Shown one piece after another: positions 20,106 through 31,385 of a stretch of DNA of 64,000 nt. Positions within the stretch are counted from its first letter, which is position 1. Each line of letters begins with the position of its first letter. Where the stretch lies: positions 195,864 through 259,863 of IMG/VR virus record IMGVR_UViG_3300013947_000019; one strand, written 5' to 3'. Position numbers and translations under genes: made by a program. Under the pieces are notes generated by a model that worked only from the letters and a program-made list of their open reading frames with translations, was not told where the DNA came from and did no database searches. The DNA comes from a virus. Taxonomy: Duplodnaviria; Caudoviricetes.

Positions 20106-22001
20106 TTACTCATCCGTCAGGACGATCTCGACATCAGTGTACTTGCTGATATCCTTCAGATCAACCGTGACCTTGATGATATTTCTAGACTTAGCGAAGC
20201 CAATCGTACCACTACGATACACCTCGACATCCAGAGAAGCACTGTAAGGTGCATACTTCTGATTAATGATGTCATTGACATTCTCGTTGAAGATACGGAC
20301 TTCCTCAGCCTCATTGAACTTAAAGTGCTGACGATGAACCAGAGCCACCAGATCATACAGCATGGAGGAGATCAGGAAAGCATTGTTCAGCTCCGTCTGA
20401 TCAGAGGTCAGAACAGTATTCATCTCCTGGTCAGCCAGATAAGCACCAGCCTCACTATCCTTCATAACCACATTGATGCGGCTCATATACAGAGACTGCA
20501 GGAACTGAGCATCATTGGCAGGATAAGTCATGGTATCCTCGATAAAGCCAGTCCAACGGCACAGAGCACCGGCAAACGGCTGGAAAGGATTACCCCACTT
20601 ATACATATGATCCAACACAGCAATCAGATCGAAGTAACCAGCAGGAACCGTGACAGTACGACGAACAAACTCGTTGAACATCATTGGGCTCTGGCACTTA
20701 GCAATCAGAGAAATGTTGGGCATATTCTCATAGTAATTGGACTGATGATCCACAATAGCAGATTCAAAGGTCTCATTACCAACCATCAGACGAGCAGTGG
20801 TCATACGATTGCGCAGCTTGACCAGGTTGACAATCTCCTTCTTCGTATCTTCATCATAACCCAGATCAGGGATATAGGTGACACGATAACGCAGAACAGA
20901 AGAAATGTCCTCCAGAATCTTACCAGCAAAGAAATCCTTGAACAGCTCGTCAGGAGTCTCATCACCATCAGAACCACCCTGCAGAGTGATAGCATTAGCA
21001 GCCTGCATATCCAGAGAATCCTCGTCAGTCACGAAGGCAAACTCATTAGCAGCAAACATGTCAACTGCAGCAAACGTCTTATTGGGATTAGCCTGAGTAC
21101 CAGCAATATACTCATCCAGAGTATACAGATACGGATTAATCAGGTCATAGACATCCTGGATAGACTCAGCGGTCATCATACGCAGAGTAGGATACTCAGC
21201 ATTGAACTGCGTCTCGATGAAGTAAGAATCATTATACTTCTTACCAGAATCGACATCCATACTCATATAACGAGAAGACTCGACAGAGTTGATACCATCA
21301 AACACCGTAGCAGTGTAATACACATTACCATCATACTCGGCAATCTTGGGAGCCAGGCTCATATAGACATTATTACCGAAGACAGAAGCGCCACGATACA
21401 TGACAGCCATGATGGGCATGCTCTGGTAACCACCCTCATCGGGAGTCGTAGAAACCAGGCTGTTCATCTTCTTATACAGATCAACCCACTTCTTGCAGTT
21501 AGCAACATACTGCAGCTCAAACTTGGCATGCAGAACGTCACGAACAACAGGCTTACCAGCCGTAGGAGAAGTAGTCAGCTGACCATTTTCATCATAGTAA
21601 TAGGGAGCACCCTTCATATCAGTATAAGGAACATCCTTCTCAACCTTATACTTCATCACTACCACTGCATTTGCAAAGGTAGCAGATGCACCACGGACGT
21701 TGATCGTATACACACCAACGTCAGCTCCGCTCGCCAGAGCGGCATAGATCGCATCGGCACCAAAGCCATTCTTCAGGCAGTTCGGGGTCCCATGCGCATT
21801 CAGATAACGATTAACTTCACCAGGATAATACAGCTCCAGGGAGTTGGTCGTACCAACAGGAACGTGAATAGGAATCAGGACATTAAAGTCCGGGGTTTCC
21901 TGCGTCGTGGTGGTAGTCTCATCTCGCAGGACCGTGTTATCGGTGATCTTGACAGTCATATTAGAAAATGAATAAGACTTGTCTTGATCTAATACGAGCA
22001 T
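20106..22001 (-). CDS. tail sheath protein
   Basis: ITLQGGSDG, QPFAG, LYMSRINVV and FKFNE motifs typical of contractile sheaths. Confidence 0.8.
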   Translation of the reverse strand: MLVLDQDKSYSFSNMTVKITDNTVLRDETTTTTQETPDFNVLIPIHVPVGTTNSLELYYPGEVNRYLNAHGTPNCLKNGFGADAIYAALASGADVGVYTINVRGASATFANAVVVMKYKVEKDVPYTDMKGAPYYYDENGQLTTSPTAGKPVVRDVLHAKFELQYVANCKKWVDLYKKMNSLVSTTPDEGGYQSMPIMAVMYRGASVFGNNVYMSLAPKIAEYDGNVYYTATVFDGINSVESSRYMSMDVDSGKKYNDSYFIETQFNAEYPTLRMMTAESIQDVYDLINPYLYTLDEYIAGTQANPNKTFAAVDMFAANEFAFVTDEDSLDMQAANAITLQGGSDGDETPDELFKDFFAGKILEDISSVLRYRVTYIPDLGYDEDTKKEIVNLVKLRNRMTTARLMVGNETFESAIVDHQSNYYENMPNISLIAKCQSPMMFNEFVRRTVTVPAGYFDLIAVLDHMYKWGNPFQPFAGALCRWTGFIEDTMTYPANDAQFLQSLYMSRINVVMKDSEAGAYLADQEMNTVLTSDQTELNNAFLISSMLYDLVALVHRQHFKFNEAEEVRIFNENVNDIINQKYAPYSASLDVEVYRSGTIGFAKSRNIIKVTVDLKDISKYTDVEIVLTDE

Positions 22002-22060
22002 AGAACTTTACCTCCTTTAGCTAAAGGTTTTTGATACAATTTTGCTGTAATATAATACCC

Positions 22061-22073
22061 TTATATTACTGTT
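22061..22073 (-). promoter_or_regulatory. late-type promoter (AACA-gtaa-TATAA)
   Basis: Upstream of sheath/tube operon. Confidence 0.6.
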
Positions 22074-22180
22074 TAGACTCTTCTTTAACCAATAAAAAGA
22101 AAAGAAACATCCCCTCCTTTTCAGGAGGGGAATATTTCATACTATGATACCTTACATCAACTATAATGACTATAATAATG

Positions 22181-22978
22181 TTATGTATTTTCTTTCTGAA
22201 TACGCTTATCACGTTCAGCAATTAGATCAGATACATCCATACCACGGACAATACGTTCCATAATTGTAGGATCATCCACAATACCATCTCTCTTACGATT
22301 AACAGAAGAGATCAGAGAAGTATTAATATCTTCATTAGAGAATGCCTGATAGGTAGAGCCAGCCATACCTTCCTGTCTCATGTTCAAAGAAGTAATATCA
22401 TCCATGTTTTCTGGACTACCCATACGAGCACGTTTCATAGATCCAGCCATACGATAACGTTCAGCAATCATCATCTCTTCTTCCTCAGAAGGAATCTTCA
22501 GCTTCAACTTATTCATACGCTGACAATCCTGTAACATTTCAGCAGCTTCATCAGGTAAAACATGATCCAACTTACCACCTTCAATACGACTCAGCATAAT
22601 CATAACATTGGCATTAGATTGAATCACATTCAAATTCTCAATAAATAAATCGTCTTGATAGAAAGTCAAAACGATACATCTACGAGAACGACCACCTTTA
22701 ATGAAAACAACATCTCGTACATCGATTTCAGTAGGTACAGAAGTAATAATGACTGGTAAACCAAGTGTATATACTTTAACGGAAGTTGGATTCGTCATCT
22801 CCTTCTCAGATTGAAAGAATCGCATATTACCAACACCAAAATATCTGACACGAGTACCAGCAACCTCATAGTAGTTCTGTCCTCGATAAGCTTTCTCGCC
22901 ATAATCAGCAGGAATATACACTTCCATACAGTAACAACCTACATAGGCATTGTTATCTTTAATGATAATATTTTTCAT
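22181..22978 (-). CDS. rpoC: RNA polymerase beta' C-terminal piece
   Basis: STYQAFSNEDINTSLISSV...TIMERIVRG resembles the beta' C-terminal S(F)xxxASFQETxxxL...ENVIxG region. Confidence 0.55.
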   Translation of the reverse strand: MKNIIIKDNNAYVGCYCMEVYIPADYGEKAYRGQNYYEVAGTRVRYFGVGNMRFFQSEKEMTNPTSVKVYTLGLPVIITSVPTEIDVRDVVFIKGGRSRRCIVLTFYQDDLFIENLNVIQSNANVMIMLSRIEGGKLDHVLPDEAAEMLQDCQRMNKLKLKIPSEEEEMMIAERYRMAGSMKRARMGSPENMDDITSLNMRQEGMAGSTYQAFSNEDINTSLISSVNRKRDGIVDDPTIMERIVRGMDVSDLIAERDKRIQKENT

Positions 22979-23262
22979 ACAATCACCTCACTATTTATAT
23001 AGGTGTTCCAAATACTGAGCTGATCAGCATAAATACAATATACACAAAAGATCAAACCGATGCAGGCTATCCAAAAAATGACAAGTGTGGCAAGTAGATT
23101 TATCATATACCATTTACGGGTATATACAAGCTCTATATAAGGAGTGGATACATGAAAGTACCCACTCCAAATAGTCAGAGCCCAGATCATACAAAGTACT
23201 AAAAATATTTGCACATAGATAAGAAGTGCAATACCCCCAATACTTAGAAGTCTGTAGATCAC
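22975..23262 (-). CDS. membrane protein (2 TM)
   Basis: Two hydrophobic segments; overlapping start/stop with neighbours. Confidence 0.6.
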   Translation of the reverse strand: MIYRLLSIGGIALLIYVQIFLVLCMIWALTIWSGYFHVSTPYIELVYTRKWYMINLLATLVIFWIACIGLIFCVYCIYADQLSIWNTYINSEVIV

Positions 23263-24905
23263 TTATTACCACCACCCGGCTTCTTTTTCTGAGCATTCTT
23301 CTCAGGAATATACCAGGTCTGCAGTGTATAACCAGTCAGATTATACATCATCTTCCAAATATCATTCATCAGATACAGATCAGCACCCATGCGATTGAAG
23401 ATAAAGAAATATGCATCCAGAATGATAGCATCATACTTAGTAGCATCATTACGAGTACACTTCTTCAGAATACGACCCATCATGATAACCATAAGCAGAG
23501 CATAAATCATATGAGTATCATTATCTTCATACCCAGGAATAGTGATCTTACTAATATCCTTTGTATTCTCATCAGTTGCATCTTCACGAGACTTAACCTT
23601 ATCAACAGCCTCATTATACTTACGAATTGCTACAGGAAATGCAACTAAATAATTGGCAAGAAGCTGATCCACTTTTCTTTCAGTGCCCTTGAAACCAGGG
23701 AAGGGAAGATTCTGCTTACAACGCTTGATAGATTCAATAGCACGTTCAGCTTCCATAGTCAGATACTTCATATCGATCTTCTTATTTACCTTAAATCGAT
23801 CAATCAGAATCTGCAGAAGTTCTTTGAAGAGATCCAGATTACAGACAGACATATAGACTTCCATCTTCTGATCACACTCATCAATCTCCTGCTGAATAAT
23901 TGCACGAGCTCGATTAATAAATCTGATATCAGCCTCAGTGCCATCCTCAGGAATAGGATAATCCTGCATCAGCTCTTCATATGCTTTCTTATAGTGATCA
24001 TAGATTACATACCGCTGAGCAAATTCATTATGTACACGGTTCGGCATCTTAATTTCCTTAGCCCAGATAGAAGTATCTTCAGGTACATAACGATATGTTT
24101 CAGCGACTAATTCGGAGATCTTCTTCTCATCCTTCAGCATCTCAGCAAACTCAACCTGGCACTGCATGAGTCTCTTCGATACCATCATGAGTTTATTCTC
24201 TTCTTCAATATACTCATTCAAATAATCAAACTCAGGACCAGTTGTAGTCAGATAAGCGATCGTAGCAATCAGACGATCTTTTGCTGCAGGGTTCCGAAGC
24301 TTCATCTCATTATTCGTGATATATACACTCCAGAAATCCTCAGGGAGAATTGCACAAATCTGATCCAGAGGCATCTTACGAAGATTCTTAGTCAACTCAT
24401 CTGCATTAAGTCGCTCCATCTGGAAATGATCCTGCAGAGCTGTCAATGCTTTAGTGTTCAGATCGATAATCTCATCATCAGTCAGAGAATTATTCTTATC
24501 GTTGGATACAGCAAGAGTACGGAAAGCTTCCAGGGTACGAGCACGAGCTTCTTCCTTGATATTATCCATATTCTTCTTAATATCACCAGAGTTGACAGTC
24601 TTGATCAACTTATCCATCTCATCTGATGCATCTTCTACTGAAACAGGAGTCATCTTCTTATCAAGAGATTTGATGTAATCTTTTGCTGGAATCTGAGTAG
24701 TATTACCATTAGCATCTACGTCATTGACAACCAGAATCGGCTTTTCTCCATACTTAGCTTCCAGTTCCTTCAGAGTTTCCTTTTCAGCATCAGTTAACTC
24801 TTCTTTTTCATTAACTCCAAAGTTATCAACATTTGCTTCTGCATCTTCAATTTTCTGTCCTTCTACCTGCTGCTGCAGATTGGTCAGTTCTTCCATAGTA
24901 GACAT
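23259..24905 (-). CDS. hypothetical protein
   Basis: 548-aa helical ORF, SD AAGGAG. Confidence 0.75.
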   Translation of the reverse strand: MSTMEELTNLQQQVEGQKIEDAEANVDNFGVNEKEELTDAEKETLKELEAKYGEKPILVVNDVDANGNTTQIPAKDYIKSLDKKMTPVSVEDASDEMDKLIKTVNSGDIKKNMDNIKEEARARTLEAFRTLAVSNDKNNSLTDDEIIDLNTKALTALQDHFQMERLNADELTKNLRKMPLDQICAILPEDFWSVYITNNEMKLRNPAAKDRLIATIAYLTTTGPEFDYLNEYIEEENKLMMVSKRLMQCQVEFAEMLKDEKKISELVAETYRYVPEDTSIWAKEIKMPNRVHNEFAQRYVIYDHYKKAYEELMQDYPIPEDGTEADIRFINRARAIIQQEIDECDQKMEVYMSVCNLDLFKELLQILIDRFKVNKKIDMKYLTMEAERAIESIKRCKQNLPFPGFKGTERKVDQLLANYLVAFPVAIRKYNEAVDKVKSREDATDENTKDISKITIPGYEDNDTHMIYALLMVIMMGRILKKCTRNDATKYDAIILDAYFFIFNRMGADLYLMNDIWKMMYNLTGYTLQTWYIPEKNAQKKKPGGGNK

Positions 24906-24927
24906 GTATTACTTCTCCTTTATGTAA

Positions 24928-25719
24928 TTAATCATCATCTTCTTCATCCAGATTCTCCTCCTCAGGTTCCGGTTCAATAGGAGGATTACGAAGCTCCATC
25001 AGATTATTCTCTTCCATGTAGGGAATGATCATATTATTCGTAATATCGATCTGAATCTTACAAATCGTCTGATCATATCGATCGGACTTTCTGAATAGAT
25101 TATAGATATTATTTACAACACCATGATCGATGATAATACCACGATCTAACAGATCCTTAATTACACTGAAATACATAGGAGACATACCAGATCTCTCTAC
25201 ACATTCAATGAACTTATCCAGTCGAAGTTCAGAATCAAAGATATCCTCAATAATAGCAGGAAGCTTTGTCATCAGGATATAGAACTCCTTCTTACCATAC
25301 TGCTCCTTCGGGTAATTAGGAAGTTTTGCATTCATATACTCTGCAGTCAGAACCTTACGATTCTTTGCATTATGAATATATTCTTTCAGGAATACGATAA
25401 TCAGATCCTGAATCTTACGAATAAAGAATTTATATACAGCATTGAAAGCACTGATAATATCTGCATCTTCATCATCACTGAAATCAAATGCGATAGCAGG
25501 ATACATATTTTCAATTTGCTCAAAAAGATCCAGACAGATCTCCTTTAATTCAGAAGTCTTAACAGAATTCTTTAACTTCTTAAAATAGTTTGAAGACCCA
25601 CCATCGAATGGGTTCTTGATCTGCTCACTGATAAATTCAATCTGTTCATCAACTGTAGTATTGGACATTAACAGCTCTCGGTTAATCGTATTCATAATGT
25701 CCTGTGGACTCATAGGCAT
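24928..25719 (-). CDS. hypothetical protein
   Basis: 263 aa, acidic tail. Confidence 0.75.
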   Translation of the reverse strand: MPMSPQDIMNTINRELLMSNTTVDEQIEFISEQIKNPFDGGSSNYFKKLKNSVKTSELKEICLDLFEQIENMYPAIAFDFSDDEDADIISAFNAVYKFFIRKIQDLIIVFLKEYIHNAKNRKVLTAEYMNAKLPNYPKEQYGKKEFYILMTKLPAIIEDIFDSELRLDKFIECVERSGMSPMYFSVIKDLLDRGIIIDHGVVNNIYNLFRKSDRYDQTICKIQIDITNNMIIPYMEENNLMELRNPPIEPEPEEENLDEEDDD

Positions 25720-25721
25720 AA

Positions 25722-26390
25722 TTATTCATCCTCCCCATCTTTCTTATTATTACAATACATATTATAAAAATTATTTTTCAGTTTTACAAGATCATTAATA
25801 CGATCTTGTAAATAAGTATAATCGTCAATAAATTTAGCTAAGACATCTTCAAGCCGATATGATGTTGTTCTTAAAGGAATCTTATACACATTATGACCAT
25901 AAAAGCTTGTATCAGTTACATCTCTTTTATCTAGATCAGTAATCCATTCGTCATAATGTGCTTTTACACCTTTAAGTGCTGCTTCATTTTTATCGGCTTC
26001 TTCAGGAATTAATGTACACGAAAGATCATACCGACTCTGAAGACGATCGATCCATTTATCTTTTAAATTAATAGAAGGGTATACAAATACGATAGGAATA
26101 TTATCTAATGTAAAATCACATTGTTTGCGAGTAATGATTTCTGTAATTACTGCAGGATGATTGGAAACAAATACATACTTACCATGCTTAGCAAGATGGT
26201 AAGCTACTGTAATATAGAATTTTTCCCAATCTTTACATTTTTCTACTTTATTAGTAGTAGGATTTGTTAGATTAAAACAAGAACTTTCTAGATCTACATA
26301 TTGAGCATATGCATTATTTTCAGATGATTTAGATGCTACACTAGATTTACCGATTCCCGGGAATCCAATGATAATCATACCGGTATCCAT
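25722..26390 (-). CDS. P-loop kinase-like protein
   Basis: IIIGFPGIGKS Walker A, YVDLESS. Confidence 0.7.
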   Translation of the reverse strand: MDTGMIIIGFPGIGKSSVASKSSENNAYAQYVDLESSCFNLTNPTTNKVEKCKDWEKFYITVAYHLAKHGKYVFVSNHPAVITEIITRKQCDFTLDNIPIVFVYPSINLKDKWIDRLQSRYDLSCTLIPEEADKNEAALKGVKAHYDEWITDLDKRDVTDTSFYGHNVYKIPLRTTSYRLEDVLAKFIDDYTYLQDRINDLVKLKNNFYNMYCNNKKDGEDE

Positions 26391-26474
26391 AATATACCTC
26401 CTATATCATATTCTTTATATTCAAGTTTTTCAAAACGTAGAAAAATAATAAATCTCCTCCAAAAAGAAGACCGA

Positions 26475-26488
26475 AACATTGATATAAT
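26475..26488 (+). promoter_or_regulatory. late-type promoter (AACA-ttga-TATAAT)
   Basis: Upstream of endolysin. Confidence 0.6.
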
Positions 26489-26539
26489 TAGTACAGAATT
26501 CATCTGTATATTTATTCAAAGAAATGGAGGAAATTTATT

Positions 26540-27328
26540 ATGGCTTTTAAGGTTTATCTGTCCCCTTCTAATCAGATTGGCAATAAGTATGCTTATGGTA
26601 ATACTTCTGAGGCCGATCAGTGTGAGCAGATTGCTGCATATTGTGCTACTGCTCTGAAGCGTTGTGGCATCCAGGTTATGGTTTCTGAGCGTAATCAGAC
26701 TATGGCTACTCGTGTAGCTAATTCCAAGACCTTTGGTGCTGATCTGCATGTTCCCATTCATACGAATGCCTATAATGGTGTCGTGATGGGTACGCGTGTC
26801 TTCTACTATAGCTCTACTTCCAAGGGCTTCAAGGCTGCTCAGGCTGTGTACAATGTCCTGGCTCCTCTGTCTCCTGGTAAGTCTGATGCTATGAAGCCGT
26901 ATCCTGCACTGTATGAGATCAAGAACAGTGATGCTCCTGCTGTGTATTGTGAGTGCGAGTTCCATGATGCAGTCGAGGGTGCTAAGTGGATCATTGCCAA
27001 TAAGCAGAATATTGCTGAGGCTATCTGCAAGGGTCTGTGCAACTATTTTGGTGTTACTTATGTTGCTCCTGTGACTCCGAAGCCCACTCCCACTACGACC
27101 TATGTAACTGTCAGCCTGCCCATGGTTCAGTCTGGTTCTCAGGATGATGCTACTCTGGCTGTTCAGCAGCTGCTAAATGCTAAGGGTTACAATTGTGGTA
27201 CCGCTGATGGCGAGTATGGTCCTAATACTGCTAATGGTATCAAGAAGTTCCAGACTGCTAAGAAGCTGTCTGCTGATGGTATTGTTGGTAAGGATACTTG
27301 GAATGCCATGCTTGGTGGTAAGAAGTAA
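26540..27328 (+). CDS. endolysin: N-acetylmuramoyl-L-alanine amidase + peptidoglycan-binding domain
   Basis: VYLSPS...E, PIHTNA, YCECEFHD (Amidase_3-like); C-terminal ADGEYGPNT...FQ...ADGIVGKDTW (PG_binding_1). Confidence 0.9.
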   Translation: MAFKVYLSPSNQIGNKYAYGNTSEADQCEQIAAYCATALKRCGIQVMVSERNQTMATRVANSKTFGADLHVPIHTNAYNGVVMGTRVFYYSSTSKGFKAAQAVYNVLAPLSPGKSDAMKPYPALYEIKNSDAPAVYCECEFHDAVEGAKWIIANKQNIAEAICKGLCNYFGVTYVAPVTPKPTPTTTYVTVSLPMVQSGSQDDATLAVQQLLNAKGYNCGTADGEYGPNTANGIKKFQTAKKLSADGIVGKDTWNAMLGGKK

Positions 27329-27378
27329 AAAGAATTCATAGAAGAATAATCCCCTCCCAACCCGGGAGGGGACTTCTT

Positions 27379-28722
27379 TTATGTCATTGTGCGATCCCTC
27401 TGAATAGTACCGAGATATTCAGTTGCTTTCCCTTCTCGGATTAAATTCATCACTTCATGATTCACATACAGTAGAACTGTATAGATTTTATCAAAGATTG
27501 GGTTAGTTAATGTCAATATACCCTCATTAGTTACAGTATAAGCAGCTTCAGACATAGAGCCATTTGGATATACTTTTACCATCATCAGATCAGATAGTTT
27601 ACCACCACGAGCAATAAACTCATCTAATTCTTTTTGGAATTTTGTATCATACTGATAAATCATATGAGAGAAGTCTAACGATGGATCATCTCCTTCATGG
27701 ACCACTACGTCAAACTTATTAGTAGCTTTATATCCATTGATTTCCAGAGGCCAATCCATATCAGCATATACAGGAGAGATTACAGAGATATCATCTGGAG
27801 TTTCAGGAATATACTCTTTTAATGGAGTATAGTATTTTTCAGGTACCGTCAGAATAAATTCAGAAGGCATATCTACATTCAGTGTAAATTCATCTGTAAT
27901 GCGAGCACCCCATTCAATTGCATTTGATGTCTCTGGACTATCCTTAGAAGGCAGATTAGGAACATCGAATCGAATATTCATCTCCAATAATAATTGGAAG
28001 ACTAACTGGTCTCGCATATTCACTACTTTCGTAATAGGATATCGAGAAATAGAATTCAAAAACTTTAAGAACTCTTCAGAACGATAATCATATCCATGAA
28101 TTTGTGCAATCAGCTGAATCTGCTTATCTGGCAAATATACAGGAATCGTTCTGGTGATCATAAACTTAGAATTATGACGAATATGCATCAGCATTTTATT
28201 ATACGTATTTAACTGACGATCCATGGTTTGTTCCATAATCAACACATTCATATTGAACTTATATCGATTACGTCTAAAACACCATCTGAACCGATCAGAT
28301 TCTGCTACATCTAATGCATAGATTAACTGAGCTCCGACATTCTCATTCTTTGGATCATACATATTATATCGACCCAACATATTCCAGTTGAAAATAGAAT
28401 CATCATCATTATCAACAGATTCAGGATCGATTACCATAAAAGGTTTTTCTTTCTTATAGATCTGCTTCATGAAAGATTTAAAATCTGAATAAGCAGATTG
28501 TGTTCTAATACGAACAAACTTAAAATAATTCTCTGGGAAAAAAGAAAGAATCCAATCATTAAAGACACCAACAATGTTAGCCATTGTCAGTGAGGTTCTC
28601 TGTGGAGTCTTATCATAGTAAATTGTAGAATCATCAGGTTCATCTACAATTGGATATAGGCGATGTAAATCACCATAGTCATCCTGCCAATTTTTATTGG
28701 GAGGACCTACATGTATTGACAT
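27379..28722 (-). CDS. putative virion structural protein
   Basis: 447 aa, late-type promoter at 28752-28765. Confidence 0.5.
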   Translation of the reverse strand: MSIHVGPPNKNWQDDYGDLHRLYPIVDEPDDSTIYYDKTPQRTSLTMANIVGVFNDWILSFFPENYFKFVRIRTQSAYSDFKSFMKQIYKKEKPFMVIDPESVDNDDDSIFNWNMLGRYNMYDPKNENVGAQLIYALDVAESDRFRWCFRRNRYKFNMNVLIMEQTMDRQLNTYNKMLMHIRHNSKFMITRTIPVYLPDKQIQLIAQIHGYDYRSEEFLKFLNSISRYPITKVVNMRDQLVFQLLLEMNIRFDVPNLPSKDSPETSNAIEWGARITDEFTLNVDMPSEFILTVPEKYYTPLKEYIPETPDDISVISPVYADMDWPLEINGYKATNKFDVVVHEGDDPSLDFSHMIYQYDTKFQKELDEFIARGGKLSDLMMVKVYPNGSMSEAAYTVTNEGILTLTNPIFDKIYTVLLYVNHEVMNLIREGKATEYLGTIQRDRTMT

Positions 28723-28807
28723 ATGGACACTCCTTTCGATAGAGGGTATCTATTATAGAAATGTCAAATTAACTACAAAAAAGAAAGGACCCGAAGGCCC
28801 AATCTTT

Positions 28808-29062
28808 TTATTTGTTCTTCCGAGCCTTGGGCACAGTAGTACCGCAGGGCACGATGAACATGATGACAGCGAACACAACCATCAGGAAACCGATGGTATT
28901 GCTCTCACCAGCAGCCAGGACGAACGTCAGCACAGCGCCAGCCAGCAGGATGATACCAACCAAACAGTTGATCAGCTTGGGGTTCCAGTAACGAACCTTA
29001 CCATCCTTAGTGAAACTCTTATAGCAGTCATCCTTGGTATAGATAGTCTTAGTGTTTTTCAT
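28808..29062 (-). CDS. small membrane protein
   Basis: Two TM helices; early-type promoter upstream. Confidence 0.65.
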   Translation of the reverse strand: MKNTKTIYTKDDCYKSFTKDGKVRYWNPKLINCLVGIILLAGAVLTFVLAAGESNTIGFLMVVFAVIMFIVPCGTTVPKARKNK

Positions 29063-29131
29063 TGTGATTTTCTCCTCTTATGTATATATTATTTTTATAG
29101 TTTTTATTGATACTTTTCTTTTGTATCACTA

Positions 29132-29145
29132 TTATAATATATATT
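29132..29145 (-). promoter_or_regulatory. early-type promoter (AATATATATTATAA)
   Basis: Same motif at 33073, 38727, 42361, 43921, 48055, 50787, 54431, 57549, 58306 and 61822. Confidence 0.6.
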
Positions 29146-29169
29146 CGAAGATACTCACAAAATCGGATT

Positions 29170-29634
29170 TTAAATAAAGTCTTTATAACCAAATTTTACT
29201 GTACATTTATTAGTATCAATATGATTATCCTTGATATGTTTTTTGAAACGTTTATTCATTTCTTTAACTGTTTCAATATTAGCATCAATTGGAACTGGAT
29301 ATACATAAATAATATTATCGTATATATCATATGCAACCATATGAGCAAATCGATTAATAAACATGAACCATTTAGCAGTTATAATATTAGCAAATACTGC
29401 AAAAATAGGTTCACTCTTATTACGTATATCATAAATATCTGAACGCATAGAATTAATCTGAATTTGAACTTCTTCATTATTCTGATGACGTTCACTACGT
29501 TCATGTTCAAGTGATACTTTTAATTTTTCTACATCATTCTTAATATCAGACGTTGCATCACGAATATTACTAATCTCATTTTCAGGAATTGTATATTTAG
29601 ATGATTCCGTACCACTCATAAACTTTACTGACAT
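29170..29634 (-). CDS. hypothetical protein
   Basis: 154-aa ORF. Confidence 0.6.
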   Translation of the reverse strand: MSVKFMSGTESSKYTIPENEISNIRDATSDIKNDVEKLKVSLEHERSERHQNNEEVQIQINSMRSDIYDIRNKSEPIFAVFANIITAKWFMFINRFAHMVAYDIYDNIIYVYPVPIDANIETVKEMNKRFKKHIKDNHIDTNKCTVKFGYKDFI

Positions 29635-29705
29635 AAAGTCTTACATCCCTTCTATAAAAATAAAACCCACACCCAGGAGATTATCCCAGGTGTGGATTGT
29701 ATATT

Positions 29706-30920
29706 TTAACCTTCGTAACCAACAGGCATATTCAAGAAGATACCATAACGCTTCTCCTTGATCTCCATGTCACGAACCTTCACACGATACGTTTCAAGCA
29801 TATCCAGCATCGTATTTACAAACTCAAGCTGGTGGAGATATGTCTTCTCATTGGGAAGCTTCAGCAACTTCTTCTCGATATCACCCTTCGTCTTGATCAA
29901 CTTGATTGTCATATTCTTGATCTTCATCAGAATGATTTCACGATCACCTTCGGAAGAAGCATAACGAATATCAGCAATAATCTTATCGATCTGATAACGA
30001 ACTTCTACTTCAGATTTCGGGTTTAACCAAGACTCAGTCATGACAACAGCATTTGCATTGGGATTCAGAGGAACATAATTTCTCTTGAAATCTCTCTTAC
30101 GAGAAACAAAACCAAGAGAGCTGATTGTAGCTTTACCAGCAAATACATTCTCCAAAGAAACCAGAGGGATACCAGTACGAATCATCGTATAATACCGACG
30201 GACAGTCTTATCCATACAAGCACGAATAATCGTTCTCATCGTACAATAATCATACTTCGTATCCTTCTCAATACGATCCTCAACTGTTTCCAGACTCATG
30301 GGAATCGTCTTATCTAGATAAGAGTCATATGCATCGGCAAGACCCATACCCTTCAGTACTTCATCGGTAGCAATAAAATCAGCATCCTCAATAGGAGCCT
30401 TAAAAGGTCTGCAGCAAATATCCAGGAAACCCATAAAACAGATTTCACTCAGAGAGATATCATTAAACAGATCCAGAATAATCTCATTATCAATCTCAGA
30501 AAGCACATTATTGTAAGCTCTCAGAAAACGCTCCTTAGCAGTACAAGACTGTACATTCTGCAGAATATCATGAATAATCAGAGCAGTTAATTCCTCAGCA
30601 GAATAGTTACGGAAACAACGTTCATGAATTTCAACAGTGTATCCAAATGGACAAACATTACTCAAATCGCCATCCATCAGATACTGTGCAAAATCCTTAT
30701 GATACAGAGGAAGAACAACAACATCAGGAATATTGAAGTTATCTGTATGATTAATATAAATTGCATCCAGAGAACTCTCATCAAAGAGCTGATTAATAAG
30801 TTCAATGACCTCACGACGAATCGTAATGTCATTACCCTTCTTGGTCATAAACGGCTCCATCTTCAGCAGGAGCTTAGTGATCGTATCCTTTAAAATCATG
30901 GGAGTATACTCTCCTTTCAT
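29706..30920 (-). CDS. putative head protein (degenerate zincin-like fold)
   Basis: EELTALIIHDILQ resembles HExxH without the catalytic residues; MTES site; late-type promoter 30928-30941. Confidence 0.45.
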   Translation of the reverse strand: MKGEYTPMILKDTITKLLLKMEPFMTKKGNDITIRREVIELINQLFDESSLDAIYINHTDNFNIPDVVVLPLYHKDFAQYLMDGDLSNVCPFGYTVEIHERCFRNYSAEELTALIIHDILQNVQSCTAKERFLRAYNNVLSEIDNEIILDLFNDISLSEICFMGFLDICCRPFKAPIEDADFIATDEVLKGMGLADAYDSYLDKTIPMSLETVEDRIEKDTKYDYCTMRTIIRACMDKTVRRYYTMIRTGIPLVSLENVFAGKATISSLGFVSRKRDFKRNYVPLNPNANAVVMTESWLNPKSEVEVRYQIDKIIADIRYASSEGDREIILMKIKNMTIKLIKTKGDIEKKLLKLPNEKTYLHQLEFVNTMLDMLETYRVKVRDMEIKEKRYGIFLNMPVGYEG

Positions 30921-30990
30921 TTATTCCATTATATGTATGTTTTCTGAATATACATATAAAAAATAACAGGGGGAATTAACCCCCTGTTAT

Positions 30991-31374
30991 TCAGGATACA
31001 TTTTCAATATCTACATCAACTTTTCCTATGGCTTCTTTATCTGCATATGAAATTGTGTCATAATAGTTAAAAATCTGTACACCAAGCTTATTCACCAGAT
31101 AATTGCGAATAATCTCATTATGGAACAATCTCCAATAATTATTCACATAAGTGGGAATGTGCATCTGATACGTTGTGACGGTTCTGGATTCAAGTGTATC
31201 ATAGTCTGTATTCATCAGACCAGATACAAATGATACTGCTCTTGCAGCTTTCATCTGATCACCAGGACTCATACGATTGAAGACAATCTCTGCAGTCATC
31301 TTGTATGAAGGAACTTTATCCTTCATCATCTTTGTTTTGGTAAGCCGTAATACAACCATTGATTTACCCTCCAA
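30991..31374 (-). CDS. hypothetical protein
   Basis: ORF in small-gene cluster. Confidence 0.6.
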   Translation of the reverse strand: MEGKSMVVLRLTKTKMMKDKVPSYKMTAEIVFNRMSPGDQMKAARAVSFVSGLMNTDYDTLESRTVTTYQMHIPTYVNNYWRLFHNEIIRNYLVNKLGVQIFNYYDTISYADKEAIGKVDVDIENVS

Positions 31375-31385
31375 TATAAATTTAT

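Noticed and set aside
29706-30920. Active metalloprotease
   Set aside because: The HExxH position reads HDILQ; the catalytic Glu and second His are missing.
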